Shown here in pieces: positions 12,301 to 27,300 of a DNA stretch of 64,000 nucleotides. The position numbers and the translations under genes are program-made. The notes beneath the pieces are model-generated. The model made no database searches. It saw only the letters and a program-made list of their open reading frames with translations, and was not told the origin of the DNA. Source of the stretch: Eledone cirrhosa (lineage: Eukaryota); assembly GCA_964016885.1 (NCBI GenBank), contig CAXHJY010000346.1:1-64000 (forward strand), in the 5' to 3' direction. How positions within the stretch are numbered: the stretch's first letter is position 1; each line of letters opens with the position of its first letter.

Positions 12301-15300
12301 CTGCACATGTACCAGTAATTACAGATCGATCCGACCACGGGCGGCCGGCCCGCGATTGAAAAGGTAACTCCGCCGGCAAATCGTCATTTTTGGATTCGTT
12401 TTCTTCGAAGCACACCATTCGCCGGCGGACTTTGCTGACGTTTAACACGGTTTGGTTCCACAGCCACAACTATTGATTTTACGGAGATATCTTGCTGAAA
12501 TTCACGCCACCCATAGCCAATGAGTGTCTGCACAGGTACCAGTAATTACAGATCGATCCGACCACGGGCGGCCGGCCCGCGATTGAAAAGGTAACTCCGC
12601 CGGCAAATCGTCATTTTTGGATTCGTTTTCTTCGAAGCACACCATTCGCCGGCGGACTTTGTTGACGTTTAACACGGTTTGGTTCCACAGCCACAACTAT
12701 TGATTTTACGGAGATATCTTGCTGAAATTCACGCCACCCATAGCCAATGAGTGTCTGCACATGTACCAGTAATTACAGATCGATCCGACCACGGGCGGCC
12801 GGCCCGCGATTGAAAAGGTAACTCCGCCGGCAAATCGTCATTTTTGGATTCGTTTTCTTCGAAGCACACCATTCGCCGGCGGACTTTGCTGACGTTTAAC
12901 ACGGTTTGGTTCCACAGCCACAACTATTGATTTTACGGAGATATCTTGCTGAAATTCACGCCACCCATAGCCAATGAGTGTCTGCACATCTACCAGTAAT
13001 TACAGATCGATCCGACCACGGGCGGCCGGCCCGCGATTGAAAAGGTAACTCCGCCGGCAAATCGTCATTTTTGGATTCGTTTTCTTCGAAGCACACCATT
13101 CGCCGGCGGACTTTGTTGACGTTTAACACGGTTTGGTTCCACAGCCACAACTATTGATTTTACGGAGATATCTTGCTGAAATTCACGCCACCCATAGCCA
13201 ATGAGTGTCTGCACATGTACCAGTAATTACAGATCGATCCGACCACGGGCGGCCGGCCCGCGATTGAAAAGGTAACTCCGCCGGCAAATCGTCATTTTTG
13301 GATTCGTTTTCTTCGAAGCACACCATTCGCCGGCGGACTTTGCTGACGTTTAACACGGTTTGGTTCCACAGCCACAACTATTGATTTTACGGAGATATCT
13401 TGCTGAAATTCACGCCACCCATAGCCAATGAGTGTCTGCACAGGTACCAGTAATTACAGATCGATCCGACCACGGGCGGCCGGCCCGCGATTGAAAAGGT
13501 AACTCCGCCGGCAAATCGTCATTTTTGGATTCGTTTTCTTCGAAGCACACCATTCGCCGGCGGACTTTGTTGACGTTTAACACGGTTTGGTTCCACAGCC
13601 ACAACTATTGATTTTACGGAGATATCTTGCTGAAATTCACGCCACCCATAGCCAATGAGTGTCTGCACAGGTACCAGTAATTACAGAACGATCCGACCAC
13701 GTGCGGCCGGCCCGCGATTGAAAAGGTAACTCCGCCGGCAAATCGTCATTTTTGGATTCGTTTTCTTCGAAGCACACCATTCGCCGGCAGACTTTGTTGA
13801 CGTTTAACACGGTTTGGTTCCACAGCCACAACTATTGATTTTACGGAGATATCTTGCTGAAATTCACGCCACACATAGCCAATGAGTGTCTGCACATGTA
13901 CCAGTAATTACAGATCGATCCGACCACGGGCGGCCGGCCCGCGATTGAAAAGGTAACTCCGCCGGCAAATCGTCATTTTTGGATTCGTTTTCTTCGAAGC
14001 ACACCATTCGCCGGCGGACTTTGTTGACGTTTAACACGGTTTGGTTCCACAGCCACAACTATTGATTTTACGGAGATATCTTGCTGAAATTCACGCCACC
14101 CATAGCCAATGAGTGTCTGCACATGTACCAGTAATTACAGATCGATCCGACCACGGGCGGCCGGCCCGCGATTGAAAAGGTAACTCCGCCGGCAAATCGT
14201 CATTTTTGGATTCGTTTTCTTCGAAGCACACCATTCGCCGGCGGACTTTGCTGACGTTTAACACGGTTTGGTTCCACAGCCACAACTATTGATTTTACGG
14301 AGATATCTTGCTGAAATTCACGCCACCCATAGCCAATGAGTGTCTGCACAGGTACCAGTAATTACAGATCGATCCGACCACGGGCGGCCGGCCCGCGATT
14401 GAAAAGGTAACTCCGCCGGCAAATCGTCATTTTTGGATTCGTTTTCTTCGAAGCACACCATTCGCCGGCGGACTTTGTTGACGTTTAACACGGTTTGGTT
14501 CCACAGCCACAACTATTGATTTTACGGAGATATCTTGCTGAAATTCACGCCACCCATAGCCAATGAGTGTCTGCACATGTACCAGTAATTACAGATCGAT
14601 CCGACCACGGGCGGCCGGCCCGCGATTGAAAAGGTAACTCCGCCGGCAAATCGTCATTTTTGGATTCGTTTTCTTCGAAGCACACCATTCGCCGGCGGAC
14701 TTTGCTGACGTTTAACACGGTTTGGTTCCACAGCCACAACTATTGATTTTACGGAGATATCTTGCTGAAATTCACGCCACCCATAGCCAATGAGTGTCTG
14801 CACATCTACCAGTAATTACAGATCGATCCGACCACGGGCGGCCGGCCCGCGATTGAAAAGGTAACTCCGCCGGCAAATCGTCATTTTTGGATTCGTTTTC
14901 TTCGAAGCACACCATTCGCCGGCGGACTTTGTTGACGTTTAACACGGTTTGGTTCCACAGCCACAACTATTGATTTTACGGAGATATCTTGCTGAAATTC
15001 ACGCCACCCATAGCCAATGAGTGTCTGCACATGTACCAGTAATTACAGATCGATCCGACCACGGGCGGCCGGCCCGCGATTGAAAAGGTAACTCCGCCGG
15101 CAAATCGTCATTTTTGGATTCGTTTTCTTCGAAGCACACCATTCGCCGGCGGACTTTGCTGACGTTTAACACGGTTTGGTTCCACAGCCACAACTATTGA
15201 TTTTACGGAGATATCTTGCTGAAATTCACGCCACCCATAGCCAATGAGTGTCTGCACAGGTACCAGTAATTACAGATCGATCCGACCACGGGCGGCCGGC

Positions 15301-18300
15301 CCGCGATTGAAAAGGTAACTCCGCCGGCAAATCGTCATTTTTGGATTCGTTTTCTTCGAAGCACACCATTCGCCGGCGGACTTTGTTGACGTTTAACACG
15401 GTTTGGTTCCACAGCCACAACTATTGATTTTACGGAGATATCTTGCTGAAATTCACGCCACCCATAGCCAATGAGTGTCTGCACAGGTACCAGTAATTAC
15501 AGAACGATCCGACCACGTGCGGCCGGCCCGCGATTGAAAAGGTAACTCCGCCGGCAAATCGTCATTTTTGGATTCGTTTTCTTCGAAGCACACCATTCGC
15601 CGGCGGACTTTGCTGACGTTTAACACGGTTTGGTTCCACAGCCACAACTATTGATTTTACGGAGATATCTTGCTGAAATTCACGCCACACATAGCCAATG
15701 AGTGTCTGCACATGTACCAGTAATTACAGATCGATCCGACCACGGGCGGCCGGCCCGCGATTGAAAAGGTAACTCCGCCGGCAAATCGTCATTTTTGGAT
15801 TCGTTTTCTTCGAAGCACACCATTTGCCGGCGGACTTTGCTGACGTTTAACACGGTTTGGTTCCACAGCCACAACTATTGATTTTACGGAGATATCTTGC
15901 TGAAATTCACGCCACACATAGCCAATGAGTGTCTGCACATGTACCAGTAATTACAGATCGATCCGACCACGGGCGGCCGGCCCGCGATTGAAAAGGTAAC
16001 TCCGCCGGCAAATCGTCATTTTTGGATTCGTTTTCTTCGAAGCACACCATTCGCCGGCGGACTTTGTTGACGTTTAACACGGTTTGGTTCCACAGCCACA
16101 ACTATTGATTTTACGGAGATATCTTGCTGAAATTCACGCCACCCATAGCCAATGAGTGTCTGCACATCTACCAGTAATTACAGATCGATCCGACCACGGG
16201 CGGCCGGCCCGCGATTGAAAAGGTAACTCCGCCGGCAAATCGTCATTTTTGGATTCGTTTTCTTCGAAGCACACCATTCGCCGGCGGACTTTGCTGACGT
16301 TTAACACGGTTTGGTTCCACAGCCACAACTATTGATTTTACGGAGATATCTTGCTGAAATTCACGCCACCCATAGCCAATGAGTGTCTGCACATCTACCA
16401 GTAATTACAGATCGATCCGACCACGGGCGGCCGGCCCGCGATTGAAAAGGTAACTCCGCCGGCAAATCGTCATTTTTGGATTCGTTTTCTTCGAAGCACA
16501 CCATTCGCCGGCGGACTTTGTTGACGTTTAACACGGTTTGGTTCCACAGCCACAACTATTGATTTTACGGAGATATCTTGCTGAAATTCACGCCACCCAT
16601 AGCCAATGAGTGTCTGCACATGTACCAGTAATTACAGATCGATCCGACCACGGGCGGCCGGCCCGCGATTGAAAAGGTAACTCCGCCGGCAAATCGTCAT
16701 TTTTGGATTCGTTTTCTTCGAAGCACACCATTCGCCGGCGGACTTTGCTGACGTTTAACACGGTTTGGTTCCACAGCCACAACTATTGATTTTACGGAGA
16801 TATCTTGCTGAAATTCACGCCACCCATAGCCAATGAGTGTCTGCACATGTACCAGTAATTACAGATCGATCCGACCACGGGCGGCCGGCCCGCGATTGAA
16901 AAGGTAACTCCGCCGGCAAATCGTCATTTTTGGATTCGTTTTCTTCGAAGCACACCATTCGCCGGCGGACTTTGCTGACGTTTAACACGGTTTGGTTCCA
17001 CAGCCACAACTATTGATTTTACGGAGATATCTTGCTGAAATTCACGCCACCCATAGCCAATGAGTGTCTGCACAGGTACCAGTAATTACAGATCGATCCG
17101 ACCACGGGCGGCCGGCCCGCGATTGAAAAGGTAACTCCGCCGGCAAATCGTCATTTTTGGATTCGTTTTCTTCGAAGCACACCATTCGCCGGCGGACTTT
17201 GTTGACGTTTAACACGGTTTGGTTCCACAGCCACAACTATTGATTTTACGGAGATATCTTGCTGAAATTCACGCCACCCATAGCCAATGAGTGTCTGCAC
17301 ATGTACCAGTAATTACAGATCGATCCGACCACGGGCGGCCGGCCCGCGATTGAAAAGGTAACTCCGCCGGCAAATCGTCATTTTTGGATTCGTTTTCTTC
17401 GAAGCACACCATTCGCCGGCGGACTTTGCTGACGTTTAACACGGTTTGGTTCCACAGCCACAACTATTGATTTTACGGAGATATCTTGCTGAAATTCACG
17501 CCACCCATAGCCAATGAGTGTCTGCACATCCACCAGTAATTACAGATCGATCCGACCACGGGCGGCCGGCCCGCGATTGAAAAGGTAACTCCGCCGGCAA
17601 ATCGTCATTTTTGGATTCGTTTTCTTCGAAGCACACCATTCGCCGGCGGACTTTGTTGACGTTTAACACGGTTTGGTTCCACAGCCACAACTATTGATTT
17701 TACGGAGATATCTTGCTGAAATTCACGCCACCCATAGCCAATGAGTGTCTGCACATGTACCAGTAATTACAGATCGATCCGACCACGGGCGGCCGGCCCG
17801 CGATTGAAAAGGTAACTCCGCCGGCAAATCGTCATTTTTGGATTCGTTTTCTTCGAAGCACACCATTCGCCGGCGGACTTTGCTGACGTTTAACACGGTT
17901 TGGTTCCACAGCCACAACTATTGATTTTACGGAGATATCTTGCTGAAATTCACGCCACCCATAGCCAATGAGTGTCTGCACAGGTACCAGTAATTACAGA
18001 TCGATCCGACCACGGGCGGCCGGCCCGCGATTGAAAAGGTAACTCCGCCGGCAAATCGTCATTTTTGGATTCGTTTTCTTCGAAGCACACCATTCGCCGG
18101 CGGACTTTGTTGACGTTTAACACGGTTTGGTTCCACAGCCACAACTATTGATTTTACGGAGATATCTTGCTGAAATTCACGCCACCCATAGCCAATGAGT
18201 GTCTGCACAGGTACCAGTAATTACAGAACGATCCGACCACGTGCGGCCGGCCCGCGATTGAAAAGGTAACTCCGCCGGCAAATCGTCATTTTTGGATTCG

Positions 18301-21300
18301 TTTTCTTCGAAGCACACCATTCGCCGGCAGACTTTGTTGACGTTTAACACGGTTTGGTTCCACAGCCACAACTATTGATTTTACGGAGATATCTTGCTGA
18401 AATTCACGCCACACATAGCCAATGAGTGTCTGCACATGTACCAGTAATTACAGATCGATCCGACCACGGGCGGCCGGCCCGCGATTGAAAAGGTAACTCC
18501 GCCGGCAAATCGTCATTTTTGGATTCGTTTTCTTCGAAGCACACCATTCGCCGGCGGACTTTGTTGACGTTTAACACGGTTTGGTTCCACAGCCACAACT
18601 ATTGATTTTACGGAGATATCTTGCTGAAATTCACGCCACCCATAGCCAATGAGTGTCTGCACAGGTACCAGTAATTACAGATCGATCCGACCACGGGCGG
18701 CCGGCCCGCGATTGAAAAGGTAACTCCGCCGGCAAATCGTCATTTTTGGATTCGTTTTCTTCGAAGCACACCATTCGCCGGCGGACTTTGCTGACGTTTA
18801 ACACGGTTTGGTTCCACAGCCACAACTATTGATTTTACGGAGATATCTTGCTGAAATTCACGCCACCCATAGCCAATGAGTGTCTGCACAGGTACCAGTA
18901 ATTACAGATCGATCCGACCACGGGCGGCCGGCCCGCGATTGAAAAGGTAACTCCGCCGGCAAATCGTCATTTTTGGATTCGTTTTCTTCGAAGCACACCA
19001 TTCGCCGGCGGACTTTGTTGACGTTTAACACGGTTTGGTTCCACAGCCACAACTATTGATTTTACGGAGATATCTTGCTGAAATTCACGCCACCCATAGC
19101 CAATGAGTGTCTGCACAGGTACCAGTAATTACAGAACGATCCGACCACGTGCGGCCGGCCCGCGATTGAAAAGGTAACTCCGCCGGCAAATCGTCATTTT
19201 TGGATTCGTTTTCTTCGAAGCACACCATTCGCCGGCAGACTTTGTTGACGTTTAACACGGTTTGGTTCCACAGCCACAACTATTGATTTTACGGAGATAT
19301 CTTGCTGAAATTCACGCCACACATAGCCAATGAGTGTCTGCACATGTACCAGTAATTACAGATCGATCCGACCACGGGCGGCCGGCCCGCGATTGAAAAG
19401 GTAACTCCGCCGGCAAATCGTCATTTTTGGATTCGTTTTCTTCGAAGCACACCATTCGCCGGCGGACTTTGTTGACGTTTAACACGGTTTGGTTCCACAG
19501 CCACAACTATTGATTTTACGGAGATATCTTGCTGAAATTCACGCCACCCATAGCCAATGAGTGTCTGCACATGTACCAGTAATTACAGATCGATCCGACC
19601 ACGGGCGGCCGGCCCGCGATTGAAAAGGTAACTCCGCCGGCAAATCGTCATTTTTGGATTCGTTTTCTTCGAAGCACACCATTCGCCGGCGGACTTTGCT
19701 GACGTTTAACACGGTTTGGTTCCACAGCCACAACTATTGATTTTACGGAGATATCTTGCTGAAATTCACGCCACCCATAGCCAATGAGTGTCTGCACAGG
19801 TACCAGTAATTACAGATCGATCCGACCACGGGCGGCCGGCCCGCGATTGAAAAGGTAACTCCGCCGGCAAATCGTCATTTTTGGATTCGTTTTCTTCGAA
19901 GCACACCATTCGCCGGCGGACTTTGTTGACGTTTAACACGGTTTGGTTCCACAGCCACAACTATTGATTTTACGGAGATATCTTGCTGAAATTCACGCCA
20001 CCCATAGCCAATGAGTGTCTGCACATGTACCAGTAATTACAGATCGATCCGACCACGGGCGGCCGGCCCGCGATTGAAAAGGTAACTCCGCCGGCAAATC
20101 GTCATTTTTGGATTCGTTTTCTTCGAAGCACACCATTCGCCGGCGGACTTTGCTGACGTTTAACACGGTTTGGTTCCACAGCCACAACTATTGATTTTAC
20201 GGAGATATCTTGCTGAAATTCACGCCACCCATAGCCAATGAGTGTCTGCACATCTACCAGTAATTACAGATCGATCCGACCACGGGCGGCCGGCCCGCGA
20301 TTGAAAAGGTAACTCCGCCGGCAAATCGTCATTTTTGGATTCGTTTTCTTCGAAGCACACCATTCGCCGGCGGACTTTGTTGACGTTTAACACGGTTTGG
20401 TTCCACAGCCACAACTATTGATTTTACGGAGATATCTTGCTGAAATTCACGCCACCCATAGCCAATGAGTGTCTGCACATGTACCAGTAATTACAGATCG
20501 ATCCGACCACGGGCGGCCGGCCCGCGATTGAAAAGGTAACTCCGCCGGCAAATCGTCATTTTTGGATTCGTTTTCTTCGAAGCACACCATTCGCCGGCGG
20601 ACTTTGCTGACGTTTAACACGGTTTGGTTCCACAGCCACAACTATTGATTTTACGGAGATATCTTGCTGAAATTCACGCCACCCATAGCCAATGAGTGTC
20701 TGCACAGGTACCAGTAATTACAGATCGATCCGACCACGGGCGGCCGGCCCGCGATTGAAAAGGTAACTCCGCCGGCAAATCGTCATTTTTGGATTCGTTT
20801 TCTTCGAAGCACACCATTCGCCGGCGGACTTTGTTGACGTTTAACACGGTTTGGTTCCACAGCCACAACTATTGATTTTACGGAGATATCTTGCTGAAAT
20901 TCACGCCACCCATAGCCAATGAGTGTCTGCACAGGTACCAGTAATTACAGAACGATCCGACCACGTGCGGCCGGCCCGCGATTGAAAAGGTAACTCCGCC
21001 GGCAAATCGTCATTTTTGGATTCGTTTTCTTCGAAGCACACCATTCGCCGGCGGACTTTGCTGACGTTTAACACGGTTTGGTTCCACAGCCACAACTATT
21101 GATTTTACGGAGATATCTTGCTGAAATTCACGCCACACATAGCCAATGAGTGTCTGCACATGTACCAGTAATTACAGATCGATCCGACCACGGGCGGCCG
21201 GCCCGCGATTGAAAAGGTAACTCCGCCGGCAAATCGTCATTTTTGGATTCGTTTTCTTCGAAGCACACCATTTGCCGGCGGACTTTGCTGACGTTTAACA

Positions 21301-24300
21301 CGGTTTGGTTCCACAGCCACAACTATTGATTTTACGGAGATATCTTGCTGAAATTCACGCCACACATAGCCAATGAGTGTCTGCACATGTACCAGTAATT
21401 ACAGATCGATCCGACCACGGGCGGCCGGCCCGCGATTGAAAAGGTAACTCCGCCGGCAAATCGTCATTTTTGGATTCGTTTTCTTCGAAGCACACCATTC
21501 GCCGGCGGACTTTGTTGACGTTTAACACGGTTTGGTTCCACAGCCACAACTATTGATTTTACGGAGATATCTTGCTGAAATTCACGCCACCCATAGCCAA
21601 TGAGTGTCTGCACATCTACCAGTAATTACAGATCGATCCGACCACGGGCGGCCGGCCCGCGATTGAAAAGGTAACTCCGCCGGCAAATCGTCATTTTTGG
21701 ATTCGTTTTCTTCGAAGCACACCATTCGCCGGCGGACTTTGCTGACGTTTAACACGGTTTGGTTCCACAGCCACAACTATTGATTTTACGGAGATATCTT
21801 GCTGAAATTCACGCCACCCATAGCCAATGAGTGTCTGCACATCTACCAGTAATTACAGATCGATCCGACCACGGGCGGCCGGCCCGCGATTGAAAAGGTA
21901 ACTCCGCCGGCAAATCGTCATTTTTGGATTCGTTTTCTTCGAAGCACACCATTCGCCGGCGGACTTTGTTGACGTTTAACACGGTTTGGTTCCACAGCCA
22001 CAACTATTGATTTTACGGAGATATCTTGCTGAAATTCACGCCACCCATAGCCAATGAGTGTCTGCACATGTACCAGTAATTACAGATCGATCCGACCACG
22101 GGCGGCCGGCCCGCGATTGAAAAGGTAACTCCGCCGGCAAATCGTCATTTTTGGATTCGTTTTCTTCGAAGCACACCATTCGCCGGCGGACTTTGCTGAC
22201 GTTTAACACGGTTTGGTTCCACAGCCACAACTATTGATTTTACGGAGATATCTTGCTGAAATTCACGCCACCCATAGCCAATGAGTGTCTGCACATGTAC
22301 CAGTAATTACAGATCGATCCGACCACGGGCGGCCGGCCCGCGATTGAAAAGGTAACTCCGCCGGCAAATCGTCATTTTTGGATTCGTTTTCTTCGAAGCA
22401 CACCATTCGCCGGCGGACTTTGCTGACGTTTAACACGGTTTGGTTCCACAGCCACAACTATTGATTTTACGGAGATATCTTGCTGAAATTCACGCCACCC
22501 ATAGCCAATGAGTGTCTGCACAGGTACCAGTAATTACAGATCGATCCGACCACGGGCGGCCGGCCCGCGATTGAAAAGGTAACTCCGCCGGCAAATCGTC
22601 ATTTTTGGATTCGTTTTCTTCGAAGCACACCATTCGCCGGCGGACTTTGTTGACGTTTAACACGGTTTGGTTCCACAGCCACAACTATTGATTTTACGGA
22701 GATATCTTGCTGAAATTCACGCCACCCATAGCCAATGAGTGTCTGCACATGTACCAGTAATTACAGATCGATCCGACCACGGGCGGCCGGCCCGCGATTG
22801 AAAAGGTAACTCCGCCGGCAAATCGTCATTTTTGGATTCGTTTTCTTCGAAGCACACCATTCGCCGGCGGACTTTGCTGACGTTTAACACGGTTTGGTTC
22901 CACAGCCACAACTATTGATTTTACGGAGATATCTTGCTGAAATTCACGCCACCCATAGCCAATGAGTGTCTGCACATCCACCAGTAATTACAGATCGATC
23001 CGACCACGGGCGGCCGGCCCGCGATTGAAAAGGTAACTCCGCCGGCAAATCGTCATTTTTGGATTCGTTTTCTTCGAAGCACACCATTCGCCGGCGGACT
23101 TTGTTGACGTTTAACACGGTTTGGTTCCACAGCCACAACTATTGATTTTACGGAGATATCTTGCTGAAATTCACGCCACCCATAGCCAATGAGTGTCTGC
23201 ACATGTACCAGTAATTACAGATCGATCCGACCACGGGCGGCCGGCCCGCGATTGAAAAGGTAACTCCGCCGGCAAATCGTCATTTTTGGATTCGTTTTCT
23301 TCGAAGCACACCATTCGCCGGCGGACTTTGCTGACGTTTAACACGGTTTGGTTCCACAGCCACAACTATTGATTTTACGGAGATATCTTGCTGAAATTCA
23401 CGCCACCCATAGCCAATGAGTGTCTGCACAGGTACCAGTAATTACAGATCGATCCGACCACGGGCGGCCGGCCCGCGATTGAAAAGGTAACTCCGCCGGC
23501 AAATCGTCATTTTTGGATTCGTTTTCTTCGAAGCACACCATTCGCCGGCGGACTTTGTTGACGTTTAACACGGTTTGGTTCCACAGCCACAACTATTGAT
23601 TTTACGGAGATATCTTGCTGAAATTCACGCCACCCATAGCCAATGAGTGTCTGCACAGGTACCAGTAATTACAGAACGATCCGACCACGTGCGGCCGGCC
23701 CGCGATTGAAAAGGTAACTCCGCCGGCAAATCGTCATTTTTGGATTCGTTTTCTTCGAAGCACACCATTCGCCGGCAGACTTTGTTGACGTTTAACACGG
23801 TTTGGTTCCACAGCCACAACTATTGATTTTACGGAGATATCTTGCTGAAATTCACGCCACACATAGCCAATGAGTGTCTGCACATGTACCAGTAATTACA
23901 GATCGATCCGACCACGGGCGGCCGGCCCGCGATTGAAAAGGTAACTCCGCCGGCAAATCGTCATTTTTGGATTCGTTTTCTTCGAAGCACACCATTCGCC
24001 GGCGGACTTTGTTGACGTTTAACACGGTTTGGTTCCACAGCCACAACTATTGATTTTACGGAGATATCTTGCTGAAATTCACGCCACCCATAGCCAATGA
24101 GTGTCTGCACATGTACCAGTAATTACAGATCGATCCGACCACGGGCGGCCGGCCCGCGATTGAAAAGGTAACTCCGCCGGCAAATCGTCATTTTTGGATT
24201 CGTTTTCTTCGAAGCACACCATTCGCCGGCGGACTTTGCTGACGTTTAACACGGTTTGGTTCCACAGCCACAACTATTGATTTTACGGAGATATCTTGCT

Positions 24301-27300
24301 GAAATTCACGCCACCCATAGCCAATGAGTGTCTGCACAGGTACCAGTAATTACAGATCGATCCGACCACGGGCGGCCGGCCCGCGATTGAAAAGGTAACT
24401 CCGCCGGCAAATCGTCATTTTTGGATTCGTTTTCTTCGAAGCACACCATTCGCCGGCGGACTTTGTTGACGTTTAACACGGTTTGGTTCCACAGCCACAA
24501 CTATTGATTTTACGGAGATATCTTGCTGAAATTCACGCCACCCATAGCCAATGAGTGTCTGCACATGTACCAGTAATTACAGATCGATCCGACCACGGGC
24601 GGCCGGCCCGCGATTGAAAAGGTAACTCCGCCGGCAAATCGTCATTTTTGGATTCGTTTTCTTCGAAGCACACCATTCGCCGGCGGACTTTGCTGACGTT
24701 TAACACGGTTTGGTTCCACAGCCACAACTATTGATTTTACGGAGATATCTTGCTGAAATTCACGCCACCCATAGCCAATGAGTGTCTGCACATCTACCAG
24801 TAATTACAGATCGATCCGACCACGGGCGGCCGGCCCGCGATTGAAAAGGTAACTCCGCCGGCAAATCGTCATTTTTGGATTCGTTTTCTTCGAAGCACAC
24901 CATTCGCCGGCGGACTTTGTTGACGTTTAACACGGTTTGGTTCCACAGCCACAACTATTGATTTTACGGAGATATCTTGCTGAAATTCACGCCACCCATA
25001 GCCAATGAGTGTCTGCACATGTACCAGTAATTACAGATCGATCCGACCACGGGCGGCCGGCCCGCGATTGAAAAGGTAACTCCGCCGGCAAATCGTCATT
25101 TTTGGATTCGTTTTCTTCGAAGCACACCATTCGCCGGCGGACTTTGCTGACGTTTAACACGGTTTGGTTCCACAGCCACAACTATTGATTTTACGGAGAT
25201 ATCTTGCTGAAATTCACGCCACCCATAGCCAATGAGTGTCTGCACATGTACCAGTAATTACAGATCGATCCGACCACGGGCGGCCGGCCCGCGATTGAAA
25301 AGGTAACTCCGCCGGCAAATCGTCATTTTTGGATTCGTTTTCTTCGAAGCACACCATTCGCCGGCGGACTTTGCTGACGTTTAACACGGTTTGGTTCCAC
25401 AGCCACAACTATTGATTTTACGGAGATATCTTGCTGAAATTCACGCCACCCATAGCCAATGAGTGTCTGCACAGGTACCAGTAATTACAGATCGATCCGA
25501 CCACGGGCGGCCGGCCCGCGATTGAAAAGGTAACTCCGCCGGCAAATCGTCATTTTTGGATTCGTTTTCTTCGAAGCACACCATTCGCCGGCGGACTTTG
25601 TTGACGTTTAACACGGTTTGGTTCCACAGCCACAACTATTGATTTTACGGAGATATCTTGCTGAAATTCACGCCACCCATAGCCAATGAGTGTCTGCACA
25701 TGTACCAGTAATTACAGATCGATCCGACCACGGGCGGCCGGCCCGCGATTGAAAAGGTAACTCCGCCGGCAAATCGTCATTTTTGGATTCGTTTTCTTCG
25801 AAGCACACCATTCGCCGGCGGACTTTGCTGACGTTTAACACGGTTTGGTTCCACAGCCACAACTATTGATTTTACGGAGATATCTTGCTGAAATTCACGC
25901 CACCCATAGCCAATGAGTGTCTGCACATCTACCAGTAATTACAGATCGATCCGACCACGGGCGGCCGGCCCGCGATTGAAAAGGTAACTCCGCCGGCAAA
26001 TCGTCATTTTTGGATTCGTTTTCTTCGAAGCACACCATTCGCCGGCGGACTTTGTTGACGTTTAACACGGTTTGGTTCCACAGCCACAACTATTGATTTT
26101 ACGGAGATATCTTGCTGAAATTCACGCCACCCATAGCCAATGAGTGTCTGCACATGTACCAGTAATTACAGATCGATCCGACCACGGGCGGCCGGCCCGC
26201 GATTGAAAAGGTAACTCCGCCGGCAAATCGTCATTTTTGGATTCGTTTTCTTCGAAGCACACCATTCGCCGGCGGACTTTGCTGACGTTTAACACGGTTT
26301 GGTTCCACAGCCACAACTATTGATTTTACGGAGATATCTTGCTGAAATTCACGCCACCCATAGCCAATGAGTGTCTGCACAGGTACCAGTAATTACAGAT
26401 CGATCCGACCACGGGCGGCCGGCCCGCGATTGAAAAGGTAACTCCGCCGGCAAATCGTCATTTTTGGATTCGTTTTCTTCGAAGCACACCATTCGCCGGC
26501 GGACTTTGTTGACGTTTAACACGGTTTGGTTCCACAGCCACAACTATTGATTTTACGGAGATATCTTGCTGAAATTCACGCCACCCATAGCCAATGAGTG
26601 TCTGCACAGGTACCAGTAATTACAGAACGATCCGACCACGTGCGGCCGGCCCGCGATTGAAAAGGTAACTCCGCCGGCAAATCGTCATTTTTGGATTCGT
26701 TTTCTTCGAAGCACACCATTCGCCGGCAGACTTTGTTGACGTTTAACACGGTTTGGTTCCACAGCCACAACTATTGATTTTACGGAGATATCTTGCTGAA
26801 ATTCACGCCACACATAGCCAATGAGTGTCTGCACATGTACCAGTAATTACAGATCGATCCGACCACGGGCGGCCGGCCCGCGATTGAAAAGGTAACTCCG
26901 CCGGCAAATCGTCATTTTTGGATTCGTTTTCTTCGAAGCACACCATTCGCCGGCGGACTTTGTTGACGTTTAACACGGTTTGGTTCCACAGCCACAACTA
27001 TTGATTTTACGGAGATATCTTGCTGAAATTCACGCCACCCATAGCCAATGAGTGTCTGCACATGTACCAGTAATTACAGATCGATCCGACCACGGGCGGC
27101 CGGCCCGCGATTGAAAAGGTAACTCCGCCGGCAAATCGTCATTTTTGGATTCGTTTTCTTCGAAGCACACCATTCGCCGGCGGACTTTGCTGACGTTTAA
27201 CACGGTTTGGTTCCACAGCCACAACTATTGATTTTACGGAGATATCTTGCTGAAATTCACGCCACCCATAGCCAATGAGTGTCTGCACAGGTACCAGTAA